Source: an uncultured Bacteroidales bacterium (lineage in GTDB: Bacteria; Bacteroidota; Bacteroidia; Bacteroidales; UBA932). Taken from it: DNA of 64,000 nt. The position numbers and the translations under genes were made by a program. The notes beneath the pieces were generated by a model that worked only from the letters and a program-made list of their open reading frames with translations, was not told the DNA's origin and ran no database searches. The stretch lies in assembly GCA_945870315.1 (NCBI GenBank), contig CAMBRR010000001.1, positions 13,179-77,178 of the forward strand, in the 5' to 3' direction. Within the stretch, counting starts at the first letter, position 1. Each line of letters starts with the position of its first letter. Shown piece by piece: positions 12,023-22,470 of the stretch.

Positions 12023-13117
12023 TTACTTAGGAGCTATCTTGTAGAGGAATCCCGCGATGAAGACATACAGGATGTTAGGTACCCACAGGGCCAATCCCGG
12101 AGGCATCACTCCCGTGTGCACGAACATCTGGCTGAACCTCAGGAACAGGATGTAGGTAAAGGCCAGGGCTATACCTATTCCTATGTTCCATCCTATTCCC
12201 CCGCGCCTTTTCTTGGATGACAGAGCGACGCCCATTATCGTGAGGATGAAGGCCGAGAATGGCAGCGCAAACCTTGTGTGCTTCTCAATAAGGGCATATT
12301 TTACATCGGCGTCACCCCTCATCTTTTGTGTCGCGATGAGTTCTTCCAGTTTTCTGTAGTTCATCGTTTCCACAGTCTTTTCTGTGCGGTAGAAATCATT
12401 GACAGTCAGGGCCAGTGTCGTGTCAATCTGCTTGCCGCTTTTGATATTGTCGGTCAGGTCTTCGTTGAAGGTCCTGAGGAAATATTTCTTCAGCCTCCAT
12501 TTCCCGCTCAGGGTGTCATAGACTGCTGTTTCTGCGGAAAGTTTCGAGACTATTTTGTTGTCTTCTATCTTTTCCAGGGTGAATTTGTAGGCCGTGTTGT
12601 TCCAGGAACTGAATGATTCGGCATAGACAAATTCTCCCGGAGCAATCTGATAGTGGACGTTCCTGCCTACGCTCGTTGTCTTGTTCTTGATATATTTTCC
12701 CTCGAATTCTATCCTTGTCTTGTTGGCATCCGGAATCACGAACAGGTTCAGGCAGAGGGACAGACCGGCAATCAGGCTTGCGGCCACAAGATATGGCACC
12801 ATCATCCGGTGGAAACTGATGCCACAGGAAAGAATGGCTATGATTTCTGAGTCAGCCGCCATCTTGGACGTGAAGAAAATCACCGTAATGAATACGAACA
12901 GCGGGCTGAACATATTGATGAAGTATGGTATGAAGTTTATATAATAGTCGAAAATGATGGCCTTCAGCGGAGCTTCATGGCTGACAAATTTGTCGATTTT
13001 TTCACTAATGTCGAAGATTATGACGATGCCGATGATCAGAAGCAAAGCAACGAAGAAAGTCGTCATAAACTTCCTGAAAATGTAAACATCGAGTTTCTTC
13101 GGTCTAAAGTCAATCAT
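12023..13117 (-). CDS. LptF/LptG-family (YjgP/YjgQ) LPS export permease
   Basis: 364 aa. KLDVYIFRKFMTTFFVALLLIIGIVIIFD N-terminus, three TM helices, a periplasmic beta-jellyroll region, then three more TM helices. Confidence 0.85.
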   Translation of the reverse strand: MIDFRPKKLDVYIFRKFMTTFFVALLLIIGIVIIFDISEKIDKFVSHEAPLKAIIFDYYINFIPYFINMFSPLFVFITVIFFTSKMAADSEIIAILSCGISFHRMMVPYLVAASLIAGLSLCLNLFVIPDANKTRIEFEGKYIKNKTTSVGRNVHYQIAPGEFVYAESFSSWNNTAYKFTLEKIEDNKIVSKLSAETAVYDTLSGKWRLKKYFLRTFNEDLTDNIKSGKQIDTTLALTVNDFYRTEKTVETMNYRKLEELIATQKMRGDADVKYALIEKHTRFALPFSAFILTIMGVALSSKKRRGGIGWNIGIGIALAFTYILFLRFSQMFVHTGVMPPGLALWVPNILYVFIAGFLYKIAPK

Positions 13118-13121
13118 ACCG

Positions 13122-14252
13122 TTACAGTCTTGTCATTATCTTTGTTACAGTTTCGTCTTTCCAGGCCTTGAAATCTCCTTTCCTGATGTGCAGGCGGGCC
13201 TGACGCACCAGGTCCAGATAGAAGGCCAGGTTGTGCTCGGAGGCAATCTGACCGGCAAACAGTTCACCAGCTACGAAAAGATGCCTCAGATATGCTTTGG
13301 TATATGTCCGGTCGACAAATGAGGTTCCTTTCGGATCCAGCGGGGAGAAGTCGTCCGCCCATTTCTTGTTTTTCATATTGATGATTCCGTCCCAGGTGAA
13401 CAGCATTCCGTTTCGCCCGTTGCGGGTAGGCATTACGCAATCGAACATATCCACACCTCTTGCGATGCCTTCCAGCAGGTTGGCCGGAGTGCCTACTCCC
13501 ATAAGGTATCTCGGTTTGTCTTTCGGGAGAATAGGACAGACAAGCTCCAGCATCTCATACATCTTTTCAGTAGGCTCACCGACTGCAAGCCCTCCGATTG
13601 CATATCCTTCCCTGTCAAAGGAGGCGGCGTGTTCGACAGCTTCCTTGCGCAGGTCCGGATAGACGCAGCCCTGTACAATCGGGAACAGCGTCTGGGAATA
13701 GCCGTAAAGAGGCTCCGTGCTGTCGAAATGCCTGATGCACCTCTCCAGCCATTTCTTCGTGAGCTGGAGTGACTTCCTGGCATATTCGAAGGACGCATCC
13801 CCGGGACAACATTCATCCAGAGCCATCATTATGTCTGCGCCGATGATTCTCTGGGTATCCATGTTGTTTTCGGGAGTGAACAGATGTTTGGAACCGTCGA
13901 TATGAGAACGGAATATGCAGCCTTCCTCTGTCAGTTTCCTGATAGGACTGAGCGAAAAGACCTGAAAGCCGCCGCTGTCTGTCAGGATAGGCCTGTCCCA
14001 GGATTCGAACTTATGCAATCCACCGGCAGCCTTGAGAATGTCCAGTCCTGGACGAAGGTAGAGGTGGTAGGTGTTTCCGAGAATGATTTCCGCCCCGATA
14101 TCTTCTTTAAGGTCGCGGTGATATATGCCTTTGACCGAACCTACCGTTCCCACGGGCATAAAGATAGGTGTTTCTATTTGCCCGTGGTCGGTGGTAATCA
14201 GTCCGCATCTTGCTGAAGACTGCGGGTCATTGTGCGTAAGTTCAAACTTCAT
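13122..14252 (-). CDS. tgt: tRNA-guanosine(34) transglycosylase
   Basis: MKFELTHNDPQSSARCGLITTDHGQIETPIFMPVGT, LGGLAVGE, and the DCVMPTR zinc/catalytic region. I use the second Met (nt 14252), which matches the family N-terminus. The ORF-track start at 14273 would overlap ilvE. Confidence 0.95.
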   Translation of the reverse strand: MKFELTHNDPQSSARCGLITTDHGQIETPIFMPVGTVGSVKGIYHRDLKEDIGAEIILGNTYHLYLRPGLDILKAAGGLHKFESWDRPILTDSGGFQVFSLSPIRKLTEEGCIFRSHIDGSKHLFTPENNMDTQRIIGADIMMALDECCPGDASFEYARKSLQLTKKWLERCIRHFDSTEPLYGYSQTLFPIVQGCVYPDLRKEAVEHAASFDREGYAIGGLAVGEPTEKMYEMLELVCPILPKDKPRYLMGVGTPANLLEGIARGVDMFDCVMPTRNGRNGMLFTWDGIINMKNKKWADDFSPLDPKGTSFVDRTYTKAYLRHLFVAGELFAGQIASEHNLAFYLDLVRQARLHIRKGDFKAWKDETVTKIMTRL

Positions 14253-14262
14253 CCTTCTTCTG

Positions 14263-15297
14263 TTAAATTTCAACCTCCCTTGTCCATCCGAACTTGTCTT
14301 CCCTTACGCCGTACTGGATGTCCGTGATGTAATTGAACAGCTGCAGGCTCTTTTCCCCGCAAAGACCGTCGCCATAGGTATAGACGGTTTCCTCTTCCGA
14401 TTCTAGCGATGGCTTGTCCACAAGTTTGTGTACAGGTGTTATCACCACTGCCGTACCGCATTCTCCTACTTCATCGAAGGTAGGCAGTTCCTCTACCGGA
14501 ACAGGCCTCCTTTCTACTTCCATACCGAGGTCTGCCGCGGCAACCTCAAGAGACATATTTGTAATTGACGGCAGTATGGTGGTGGATAGAGGGGTGATGT
14601 ATGTATTGCCCTTGATTGCGAAGAAATTGGATGAATTGAATTCGTCTATGTATTTCTTGGTTGCGGGATCCAGGTAGAGAACAGCCTTGAATCCGAGTTC
14701 GTGAGCCTTGTTCAAGGATGCGAGAGATGCTCCGTAATTGCCACCGACCTTGAAGGCTCCGGTTCCGTTTGGCGCTGCCCTGTCATAATTCCTGGCAATC
14801 ACCACGTCAATTGCTTCCAGGACTCCTCCGGTGTAAGCTCCTACTGGAGAACAAAGCAAGATGAAGGTGCTTTCCTTGGAAGACTGGACTCCAAGTTGAG
14901 GATTGCTGCCTATGAGAGTCGGGCGAAGGTAGAGGGAGGCTCTTGAACCGTATGGCGGCAGAAATTCAATGTTCTCCCTAACGCTTCTTTCGCACATCTG
15001 TATGAACATTTCAGTGGACGGAGCCTCTATTCCAAGGTATTTGGCAGAACGCTGAAGGCGTTTGGCATTTTCTTCCGGTCTGAAAAGCCGGACTTTACCA
15101 TCTTTGCCCCTAAAGGCCTTCAAGCCTTCAAAGCATTCTATACTGTAATGCAGTGCACCTGCAAAAGCACTCAGCCTGATGTAGTCATCTGAGTTGCTTT
15201 CCACTTCAGACCATTTTGAGCCATCGAAATGGCTGATAAGAATAGTATTGGTCTTCGTGTAGGAAAAAGTGAGTTTACTCCAATCCAGTTCAGTCAT
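14263..15297 (-). CDS. ilvE: Branched-chain amino acid aminotransferase (class IV)
   Basis: Start taken at MTELDWSKLTFSYTKT (Met7 of the ORF track), which leaves 1 nt after the ilvA stop. Motifs include ECFEGLKAFR, NYGASL and GECGTAVV. Confidence 0.9.
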   Translation of the reverse strand: MTELDWSKLTFSYTKTNTILISHFDGSKWSEVESNSDDYIRLSAFAGALHYSIECFEGLKAFRGKDGKVRLFRPEENAKRLQRSAKYLGIEAPSTEMFIQMCERSVRENIEFLPPYGSRASLYLRPTLIGSNPQLGVQSSKESTFILLCSPVGAYTGGVLEAIDVVIARNYDRAAPNGTGAFKVGGNYGASLASLNKAHELGFKAVLYLDPATKKYIDEFNSSNFFAIKGNTYITPLSTTILPSITNMSLEVAAADLGMEVERRPVPVEELPTFDEVGECGTAVVITPVHKLVDKPSLESEEETVYTYGDGLCGEKSLQLFNYITDIQYGVREDKFGWTREVEI

Positions 15298-15298
15298 A

Positions 15299-16558
15299 TC
15301 AGATAAGTATTTCAAATAGTTTATTGTTTTCGTTTATGTATTCGTACGAAATGTTGTGCGCTTCCATCCTGCGGATGAGTGCATCCAAATCCTCTTTTGC
15401 AGCAACTTCAATGCCTATGAGGGCAGGACCGTGATCTTTGTTGGTCTTTTTGATGTACTGTATGTGCACAAGGTCGTCGGTAGGACCGATGATGTCACGG
15501 ATGAATGTGAGGATGGCTCCGGATTTCTGAGGGAAGTTGATGATGAAATAATGTTTCAGGCCCTCATACAGAAGCGATTTCTCCCGGATTTCCTCCATCC
15601 TTACGATGTCATTGTTGCTGCCGCTCACGATGCAGGCTACACGTTTACCCTTGATTTTGTCCGCACAGAACCTTAGGGCTGCAACGGAAAGGGCTCCAGC
15701 AGGCTCGACGACAATCGCGCTCTTGTTGTACATATTGATGATGGTGGTGCAGACGGCGCCTTCCGGAACTTTGATGATGTCGTCAAGGACCTCGCGACAG
15801 ATTTCGAAGGTAAGCTTGCCGGCTTTCTTTACAGCGGCCCCATCCACGAATTTGTCAATATGCTCAAGTTCCACGACCTCGCCTTTCTCGATGGCAGTCT
15901 TCATACAGGCGGCTCCCAAAGGCTCAACTCCTATGATTTTGGTCTCTGGGGATACCATCTTGATGTAGGCGCCGACTCCTGATGCCAGTCCACCTCCTCC
16001 AATAGGGATGAAAACATAGTCCAGAGGTTCCTGCGCTTGCTTCATCAGTTCATATCCGATTGTTCCCTGTCCTTCAATGATTTTCTCGTCATCGAAAGGA
16101 GGAATGAAGGTCTTGCCGCTCTTGCGGGCATATTCGATGGCTGCTGAGTTTGCGGCATCGAAGGTATCTCCGGTAAGGACGATGTCTATATATTCCTTTC
16201 CGAACATCCTGACTTGTTCAATTTTCTGCCTTGGTGTCGTCGTAGGCATATATATCGAGCCCATAATCTGGAGTTTGTTGCAGGAAAAAGCAACACCCTG
16301 GGCGTGGTTGCCGGCGCTTGCGCAGACAATACCATATTTCAGCAAGTTCGGAGCGATTGAGCGAATCTTGTTGTAGGCTCCGCGAATCTTGTAGGAGCGC
16401 ACCATCTGAAGGTCTTCACGCTTAAGAAAGACTTCAGCTCCATATGTGTCTGAGAGATTGCTGTTTCTCTGGAATGGAGTCATTTCAAGAATTTCGGTCA
16501 GAGTTTCCGATGCCTTCTCGATGTCTTGTTTGGCTGGAAAATATTTTTTAGTTTCCAT
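15299..16558 (-). CDS. ilvA: Threonine ammonia-lyase, short biosynthetic form with a single ACT-like domain
   Basis: 419 aa. PLP-lysine motif SYKIRGAYN, then ASAGNHAQGVA, GGGGL, and a C-terminal regulatory domain. Confidence 0.92.
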   Translation of the reverse strand: METKKYFPAKQDIEKASETLTEILEMTPFQRNSNLSDTYGAEVFLKREDLQMVRSYKIRGAYNKIRSIAPNLLKYGIVCASAGNHAQGVAFSCNKLQIMGSIYMPTTTPRQKIEQVRMFGKEYIDIVLTGDTFDAANSAAIEYARKSGKTFIPPFDDEKIIEGQGTIGYELMKQAQEPLDYVFIPIGGGGLASGVGAYIKMVSPETKIIGVEPLGAACMKTAIEKGEVVELEHIDKFVDGAAVKKAGKLTFEICREVLDDIIKVPEGAVCTTIINMYNKSAIVVEPAGALSVAALRFCADKIKGKRVACIVSGSNNDIVRMEEIREKSLLYEGLKHYFIINFPQKSGAILTFIRDIIGPTDDLVHIQYIKKTNKDHGPALIGIEVAAKEDLDALIRRMEAHNISYEYINENNKLFEILI

Positions 16559-16595
16559 TTCTTAAAAATTGTAATTAAAATTTATAACAATTTCT

Positions 16596-16603
16596 CAAAT
16601 ATA
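16596..16603 (-). promoter_or_regulatory. Candidate Bacteroidota -7 promoter box upstream of ilvA (TATATTTG on the minus strand)
   Basis: The plus strand reads CAAATATA, matching TAnnTTTG on the gene strand, 38 nt upstream of the ilvA ATG in an AT-rich 88-nt spacer. No clear -33 TTTG seen. Confidence 0.4.
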
Positions 16604-16646
16604 TAACTTATTCTTGTTATTTCCTAATAAATTATTCTCATTCCGG

Positions 16647-17312
16647 TCAATCCAGCATTATCAATGCAATTGATTTGTGACTGAATTCCAGTCTGACTTT
16701 GTCTTGCGTGGATTTGTTCAAGGTGGCCTTCCACCAGTTGTCAAACACCACGCCGTCGGTCTTGTATTCGAGTCCTGTCGATTTGATATTCAGGCTGTTA
16801 TCAGGACTGAATATGGATACTCTCCTTCCGGGACCGCATTCCATTTCAAAGGTGTCCGTGATGGCGAATATAGTTCCGTAATCCGATACTATCCTGACAT
16901 CTGCCCCGAGGCTCTCAAGATCGTACATCCTGGCATATTCCATCAGAAGTGAGACATTCCCTATGGTGTGGTCTTCCCTCAGGCCAGTGGCCCCGATGAT
17001 GCTGATGCTGCAGGGACCTCCAACATTGTCCATAACCCACCTGAACGCCTTCGTCTGGTCGTTATATTCCTGCTCGTCCACTTTGACAATAATGTCTTTG
17101 TATTCCATTCTCAGTTTCTCCGGAAGGGAGTCAAGATCTCCTATTACAACCTCAGGAAGCCGTTTGCGATGGAAGATGCCCTCCATTTCAGAAAGATACT
17201 TTTCGAATGCACCGTCACAGCAGACCAGAATGTCGGCGGAGGCAACAAGGTAGAGAGGATATTCCGTCTTTGGAAATTCCCCATTACAGATTATGACAAC
17301 GTTTCTATGCAT
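16647..17312 (-). CDS. Thiamine diphosphokinase
   Basis: 221 aa. VIICNGEF N-terminus, GDLDSL motif, and a C-terminal thiamine-binding beta domain. 8-nt overlap with the upstream ORF. Confidence 0.85.
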   Translation of the reverse strand: MHRNVVIICNGEFPKTEYPLYLVASADILVCCDGAFEKYLSEMEGIFHRKRLPEVVIGDLDSLPEKLRMEYKDIIVKVDEQEYNDQTKAFRWVMDNVGGPCSISIIGATGLREDHTIGNVSLLMEYARMYDLESLGADVRIVSDYGTIFAITDTFEMECGPGRRVSIFSPDNSLNIKSTGLEYKTDGVVFDNWWKATLNKSTQDKVRLEFSHKSIALIMLD

Positions 17313-19767
17313 TTTTGCGGATGAATTCTGCTGAGGTTCCTATGGAAGTCCCATATGAGGACGCATCTCTGAAACCTAGCAGGAAGTCCTTAACTTCCAT
17401 TCTCTTCTTGCCTGAAATCTGGAGCTCAAGGATGCTGATAGCTCCATCCTGTGTGGTGACGGCAAACTTGCTCTTTCCATCTGTGATTACAGTCCCAGGG
17501 GCAGGGAAGTCATTTCCTCCCATAAGGGCTTCGGCTTCAGCCTTGTCCATTTTCTCAGCCTTGTATATTTTCATCTGGATGGATTTATCATCCTTTACAA
17601 GGTCGGTGAACGCCCCCGGATAAGGACTCAGGCCTCGTATGAGATTGTAAATCTGCTTAGTGGAAGAATTCCAGTCGATGTGGCATAATTCGCGAGTGAG
17701 TTTAGGAGCAGGATGCAGGATTTCCGAGCCTTGGATAAAGCTCTTCTGGACGCGGGTTTCCACATTGCCTTCAATAATGGCTTCAACTGTCTGTACTACC
17801 AGTCTGGAGCCCAGTTCCATCAGTTTGTCGTGAACATCCCCTGCATTTTCATCAGGTCCGATGAAACATTGTTCCCTGAACATTATTCCACCGGTATCCA
17901 TACCCTTGTCAATCATAAATGTTGTGACTCCGGTAGTTTTTTCTCCATTGATGACGGCCCAGTTTATAGGGGCAGCACCCCTGTATTGAGGCAGCAGGGC
18001 GGCGTGCAGATTGAATGTCCCCAGGCGAGGCATTCCCCAGACCTCTTCCGGAAGCATTCTGAATGCCACTACCACAAAGATGTCGGCCTTCCAATTACGC
18101 AGTTCCTCCAGGAATGCAGGATCTTTCAAGGACAGTGGCTGAAGAACGGGCAGGCCTTTCTCCACAGCATATTTCTTCACTGCGCTTTCATTGACCTTGA
18201 GTCCCCGGCCACTGGCCTTGTCCGCAACGGTCACTACTCCAACCACATCATATCCCTCCTTCAGCAACGCTTCCAGCGGAGCGACTGCGAATTCAGGAGT
18301 ACCCATATAAACTATTCTTGTTTTTCTGAATATTCCCATAATCTTGGCTTTTATTCGTTTGTATCCGTTCTTCATAGAGTCTGCGCTGAAGATGGATGAG
18401 TCATTGATTGCCTTCCAGGTAAGGAAGATTCCAATCGGGAAGAGAATGTATGCGGAGATGAAGACTCCGCTGAAAGTGTCGATGGCTCCGTCTCTTGCCA
18501 GCTTGGTTCCTGAGATGTCCACAACCCAGTAGAATACGAAGAAGAGTACCGAGATGATGGCAGGAGTTCCAAGACCTCCTTTCCGGATAAGCGCTCCCAA
18601 TGGCGCTCCGATGAAGAAGAATATGAAACAAGCTATCGACAGAGCGAATTTCTTGAAAATTTCTATATCCGTCCTTCTGAGAGTAGCCGTGTAGAAATAC
18701 CTTTCCCTGGAATTGGATGCCAGAGCCATCCGAATCTCCTCGGCATTGGATTTGGCTTTTTCAAGGGCTCTGATTTCGTCATCTATGGTCTTGAACGGTT
18801 TTTTCAGAGTGTCTGCTCTGAAATTGGATGAGCGTCCCTGTCTTCCTGCCGAATCCAGCTGGTTATTGTATCTAAGGAGTCTTGAGGTGGCAAAACTGGC
18901 CATGTTTTCCGCCTTGGCCTTGGATTCCAAATCTCCAATGGAGTCCTTCCCGTGTCTCAATTGCTTGAGATTCATTGACTTGACCTCGTCATCAAATCGA
19001 CTGGAGTCTGACTTCTGGAATGCATAGTTTTCCAGAGGGATGATCAGTTCCTGTTTGCTGAAGTCGATTTTCTGCAGCTTGAGGGTGGTGTCGCGGTATT
19101 TCCTGGTGTTGGTTTCTTCGTAGTTGGAGCCTTCATAGAGTACGAAGGTGAGATAACTCTTGTCTTTGGACATTGTCATCAGGGCGGAATCTGCCAGAGT
19201 AAGGCTGGTATTCCCCTTTCCCTTGGTGTGATTATACACCATCACCCCGTGCATCATCCCTGTATCATCGTTCCTGTCCTGAACACGAAGAATGTAACCG
19301 TCAATTCCGTTGTAGAAAGTCCCGGTGGGGATTTTAATCTCTTCTTTTGTTTTTCCAATATCATCCCTGAGCGTATAAATCTTGTTATATGCTACGGGAA
19401 TCAGGTCATTGGCAATAAAAAAGGCAGCCACACTTATCAGCAGGCAGGAAATTCCCAGCGGAATGAGCACCCTCTTGAGAGAGATTCCTGCAGCCTTGAT
19501 GGCCAGAAGCTCATTGTTTTCTCCGAGGGTACCCAGTGTCATCATTGAGGACAGAAGGGTGGCAAGCGGGAGGGACAACGGAAGCAAGGTGGCGCTGCCC
19601 CAACCCAGAAATTCTAGTATAACTTTGAGACTCAGACCTTTACCTACCAATTCATCAATATACAGCCAAAGGAACTGCATCATCAGGATGAATACGACTA
19701 CCAGCAGGATCGCGAAAAACGGTCCTATGAAGGATTTGAGTATGTATTGGTCGAGTTTCTTCATCAA
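17305..19767 (-). CDS. fmt: Single 820-codon ORF: LptF/LptG-type permease (residues 1 to about 476) fused in frame to methionyl-tRNA formyltransferase (about 477-820)
   Basis: The N-terminal part has KLDQYILKSFIGPFFAILLVVVF, six TM helices and a large periplasmic insert. From Met477 (nt 18339): MGIFRKTRIVYMGTPEFAVAPLEAL, then HAALLPQYRGAAPINWAVING, the Fmt signature. There is no stop codon between the two modules (junction ...KRIKAKI-MGIFRK...). Confidence 0.8.
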   Translation of the reverse strand: MMKKLDQYILKSFIGPFFAILLVVVFILMMQFLWLYIDELVGKGLSLKVILEFLGWGSATLLPLSLPLATLLSSMMTLGTLGENNELLAIKAAGISLKRVLIPLGISCLLISVAAFFIANDLIPVAYNKIYTLRDDIGKTKEEIKIPTGTFYNGIDGYILRVQDRNDDTGMMHGVMVYNHTKGKGNTSLTLADSALMTMSKDKSYLTFVLYEGSNYEETNTRKYRDTTLKLQKIDFSKQELIIPLENYAFQKSDSSRFDDEVKSMNLKQLRHGKDSIGDLESKAKAENMASFATSRLLRYNNQLDSAGRQGRSSNFRADTLKKPFKTIDDEIRALEKAKSNAEEIRMALASNSRERYFYTATLRRTDIEIFKKFALSIACFIFFFIGAPLGALIRKGGLGTPAIISVLFFVFYWVVDISGTKLARDGAIDTFSGVFISAYILFPIGIFLTWKAINDSSIFSADSMKNGYKRIKAKIMGIFRKTRIVYMGTPEFAVAPLEALLKEGYDVVGVVTVADKASGRGLKVNESAVKKYAVEKGLPVLQPLSLKDPAFLEELRNWKADIFVVVAFRMLPEEVWGMPRLGTFNLHAALLPQYRGAAPINWAVINGEKTTGVTTFMIDKGMDTGGIMFREQCFIGPDENAGDVHDKLMELGSRLVVQTVEAIIEGNVETRVQKSFIQGSEILHPAPKLTRELCHIDWNSSTKQIYNLIRGLSPYPGAFTDLVKDDKSIQMKIYKAEKMDKAEAEALMGGNDFPAPGTVITDGKSKFAVTTQDGAISILELQISGKKRMEVKDFLLGFRDASSYGTSIGTSAEFIRKNA

Positions 19768-19770
19768 AAC

Positions 19771-22386
19771 CTATTTCGTGGCGTTCTTAACAAGGATTTC
19801 AAGAGCGTCTGAGAGGCCTTCCACGCTTTTGCCGCCTGCGGTAGCCAGGGATGCCTGTCCGCCTCCTCCTCCTAGGATGCATTTTGCAGCTTCGCGGATT
19901 TCGGCTCCGGCGTTGTGTCCCTTCTTGACCAGATCATCGGAATACATCAGAAGAAGCTGAGGCTTGCCCTCAACCTCGAATGCTGCCGCAACTACAAGGT
20001 TTTCAGCCTCTTTCTGAAGCAGGAAGCAGGCGTTCTTGAGCATAGTCGGATCGTTCGCCGTATCGATGATTACGACATTGACTCCGTTAATATTCTTTGC
20101 CAATGTCTTCAGGTAGTTCTTCATCGTCACGCTCTTTTCCTTGAGAACCTGCTCCATCTGTTTCTTGTAATTGTCATTTTCCTCAATCATTTTCCTGATT
20201 GCTCCTGCAAGGTCAGGAACATTATTGAAGAAGGCCTTTGCAGCTCTGAGGGCGGTTTCCATCTGGTCTACCATCATTTCTGCATAAACTCCTGTGACAG
20301 CCTCAATCCTGCGCACTCCGGCAGCGATTGCGGATTCGCCTACAATCTTGAAGAAGCCTATCTGGCCGGTGGCTGCTGCGTGGCAACCCCCGCAGAGCTC
20401 GCAAGACTCACCGAAACGCACCACACGGACCTTGTCGCCGTATTTCTCGCCGAAGAGGGCCATTGCACCCATTTCGCGGGCCTGTTCCATAGAGGCAGAC
20501 CTGTTTTCATCGAGAGGGTAATTAGCCCTGATAAGAGCGTTCACCCTGTTCTCTACAAGGTCAATCTGCTCTTCTGTAAGTTTCTCAAAATGAGAAAAAT
20601 CGAAGCGGAACGATTTGTCGCTCACATATGAACCCTTCTGCTCGACGTGTGTGCCGAGGATTTCCCTCAGGGCCTGATGGAGAAGGTGGGTTGCTGTGTG
20701 GTTGTTTTCAATCTGCAGCCTCCTTTCCTTGTTTACGTGAAGACTGAAGCTTTCTGAGCAGTCTGAAGGAATCCTTTCAGCGACGTGTATGGTAAGGTTG
20801 TTTTCCTTTATGGTATTGATGATGTTGATTCTTTCTCCGCTTTCGGATTCGATGTATCCGGTATCACCTACCTGACCTCCCATCTCTCCATAGAACGGAG
20901 TGCGCTCGAATACAAGCTGGTACATAGTCTTGTTCTTGGCCTTTACGGTGCGGTGGCGTGTGAGCTGTACTCCTTCCAGGTCGGTGTAGTCATAGCCCAG
21001 GAACTCTATGCTCTCGCAGTGGGTGAATTCAACCCAGTCTCCGGACTCGATGGCAGTGGCGTTGCGTGCCCTGTCCTTCTGCTTCTGAAGCTCGACGTTG
21101 AAGCTCTCAAGGTCGATTTTGTAACCGTTTTCTGATGCAATCAGTTCAGAAAGGTCAATCGGGAAACCGAAGGTGTCATAGAGGGTGAAAGCATCCTCTC
21201 CGCTGATGATCTTTGTGTCTGAACATTTTGCCATAATGTTGTCCATCAGGCGGATGCCTCTGTCTAGAGTGCGAAGGAAGGCCATTTCTTCTTCCTTGAT
21301 GACTCTCTCTACCAGTGTCTGCTGGCGGGCAATCTCAGGATAGAATTCTCCCATATCGTCCACAAGTTGTCCGACAAGGCGGCAGAGGAAAGGCTCGTTG
21401 AACCCGAGGAAGGTATATCCGTAGCGGACTGCCCTGCGGAGGATTCGTCTGATGACATATCCTGCCTTGACGTTGGACGGGAGCTGTCCGTCAGCAATTG
21501 AGAAACTGATTGCGCGGATGTGGTCGGCGATAACCCTCATTGCCACATCTTCCTTCTCCGATACTCCGTATTTGTGTCCAGAAAGCTCTTCAATCTTGTG
21601 AATCATTCCCGTGAACACATCGGTGTCATAGTTGCTCTGCTTGCCCTGAAGTGTCATACAAAGCCTCTCAAAGCCCATTCCCGTATCGACATTGTGGTTA
21701 GGGAGGAGTTCAAGGCTTCCGTTTGCCTTGCGGTTGAACTGCATAAAGACTAGATTCCAAATCTCAATCACCAGATGATGTCCTTTGTTGACAAGTTCTG
21801 CACCGGGAACTTCCGCCCTCTCGGCATCGCTTCTGAGGTCAACGTGGATCTCAGAACAAGGACCGCAAGGACCGGTATCACCCATCTCCCAGAAATTGTC
21901 GTGTTTGTTGCCGAGCAGAATCCTTTCCTTAGGGAGGTGTTTCTCCCAGGCCTTCAACGCATCTTCGTCCATAGGAGTCCCGTCCTCGGCAGAGCCTTCG
22001 AAAACGGTGGCATAAAGTCTTTCCTTGTCAATCTTATATACTTCGGTGAGAAGTTCCCAGGCCCAGTCTATGGCTTCCGTCTTGAAATAGTCGCCGAAAC
22101 TCCAGTTGCCCAGCATTTCAAACATAGTGTGGTGGTAGGAGTCATGTCCCACCTCTTCCAGGTCGTTGTGCTTTCCGCTCACCCTGAGGCATTTCTGGCT
22201 GTCGCATACCCGATTCCATTTAGGAGCGCTGTTGCCCAGGAACCAATCCTTGAACTGGTTCATTCCGGCATTGGTGAACATAAGAGTAGGGTCGTTCTTG
22301 ACAACCATTGGTGCTGAAGGCACGATTTGATGCCCTTTTGAAGCGAAAAAGTCCAAAAAAGCCTTTCTGATTTCCTTAGATGTCAT
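19771..22386 (-). CDS. alaS: Alanine--tRNA ligase
   Basis: 871 aa. [25 protein letters not shown], the editing-domain [12 protein letters not shown] motif, and a C-terminal DHHA1 GGGGGQ. Confidence 0.97.
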   Translation of the reverse strand: MTSKEIRKAFLDFFASKGHQIVPSAPMVVKNDPTLMFTNAGMNQFKDWFLGNSAPKWNRVCDSQKCLRVSGKHNDLEEVGHDSYHHTMFEMLGNWSFGDYFKTEAIDWAWELLTEVYKIDKERLYATVFEGSAEDGTPMDEDALKAWEKHLPKERILLGNKHDNFWEMGDTGPCGPCSEIHVDLRSDAERAEVPGAELVNKGHHLVIEIWNLVFMQFNRKANGSLELLPNHNVDTGMGFERLCMTLQGKQSNYDTDVFTGMIHKIEELSGHKYGVSEKEDVAMRVIADHIRAISFSIADGQLPSNVKAGYVIRRILRRAVRYGYTFLGFNEPFLCRLVGQLVDDMGEFYPEIARQQTLVERVIKEEEMAFLRTLDRGIRLMDNIMAKCSDTKIISGEDAFTLYDTFGFPIDLSELIASENGYKIDLESFNVELQKQKDRARNATAIESGDWVEFTHCESIEFLGYDYTDLEGVQLTRHRTVKAKNKTMYQLVFERTPFYGEMGGQVGDTGYIESESGERINIINTIKENNLTIHVAERIPSDCSESFSLHVNKERRLQIENNHTATHLLHQALREILGTHVEQKGSYVSDKSFRFDFSHFEKLTEEQIDLVENRVNALIRANYPLDENRSASMEQAREMGAMALFGEKYGDKVRVVRFGESCELCGGCHAAATGQIGFFKIVGESAIAAGVRRIEAVTGVYAEMMVDQMETALRAAKAFFNNVPDLAGAIRKMIEENDNYKKQMEQVLKEKSVTMKNYLKTLAKNINGVNVVIIDTANDPTMLKNACFLLQKEAENLVVAAAFEVEGKPQLLLMYSDDLVKKGHNAGAEIREAAKCILGGGGGQASLATAGGKSVEGLSDALEILVKNATK

Positions 22387-22412
22387 ATTTTGTACAAATT
22401 TATTCTAAACCT

Positions 22413-22470
22413 ATGCGAAATCGCATTACGCAAAATAACTTGCAAAAATACAACTTTTTTCCGTAATGCG
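22413..22470. promoter_or_regulatory. Palindrome / inverted-repeat cluster in the divergent alaS - M23 peptidase intergenic region
   Basis: Perfect palindrome ATGCGA-AA-TCGCAT at 22413-22426. 9-bp inverted repeat CGCATTACG (22422-22430) / CGTAATGCG (22462-22470), bracketing a minus-strand TATTTTTG box (22443-22450). Confidence 0.35.

Noticed and set aside
17713-18399. 228-aa plus-strand ORF antisense to fmt. Similar long antisense ORFs occur elsewhere, e.g. 19915-20631, 36156-36791, 47426-47965, 53328-54071, 56632-57267 and 59493-60083.
   Set aside because: Each lies entirely inside, and opposite or out of frame to, a CDS with unmistakable family signatures. Their translations are Cys/His/Arg-rich with no motifs. 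Such shadow ORFs are expected at this base composition.
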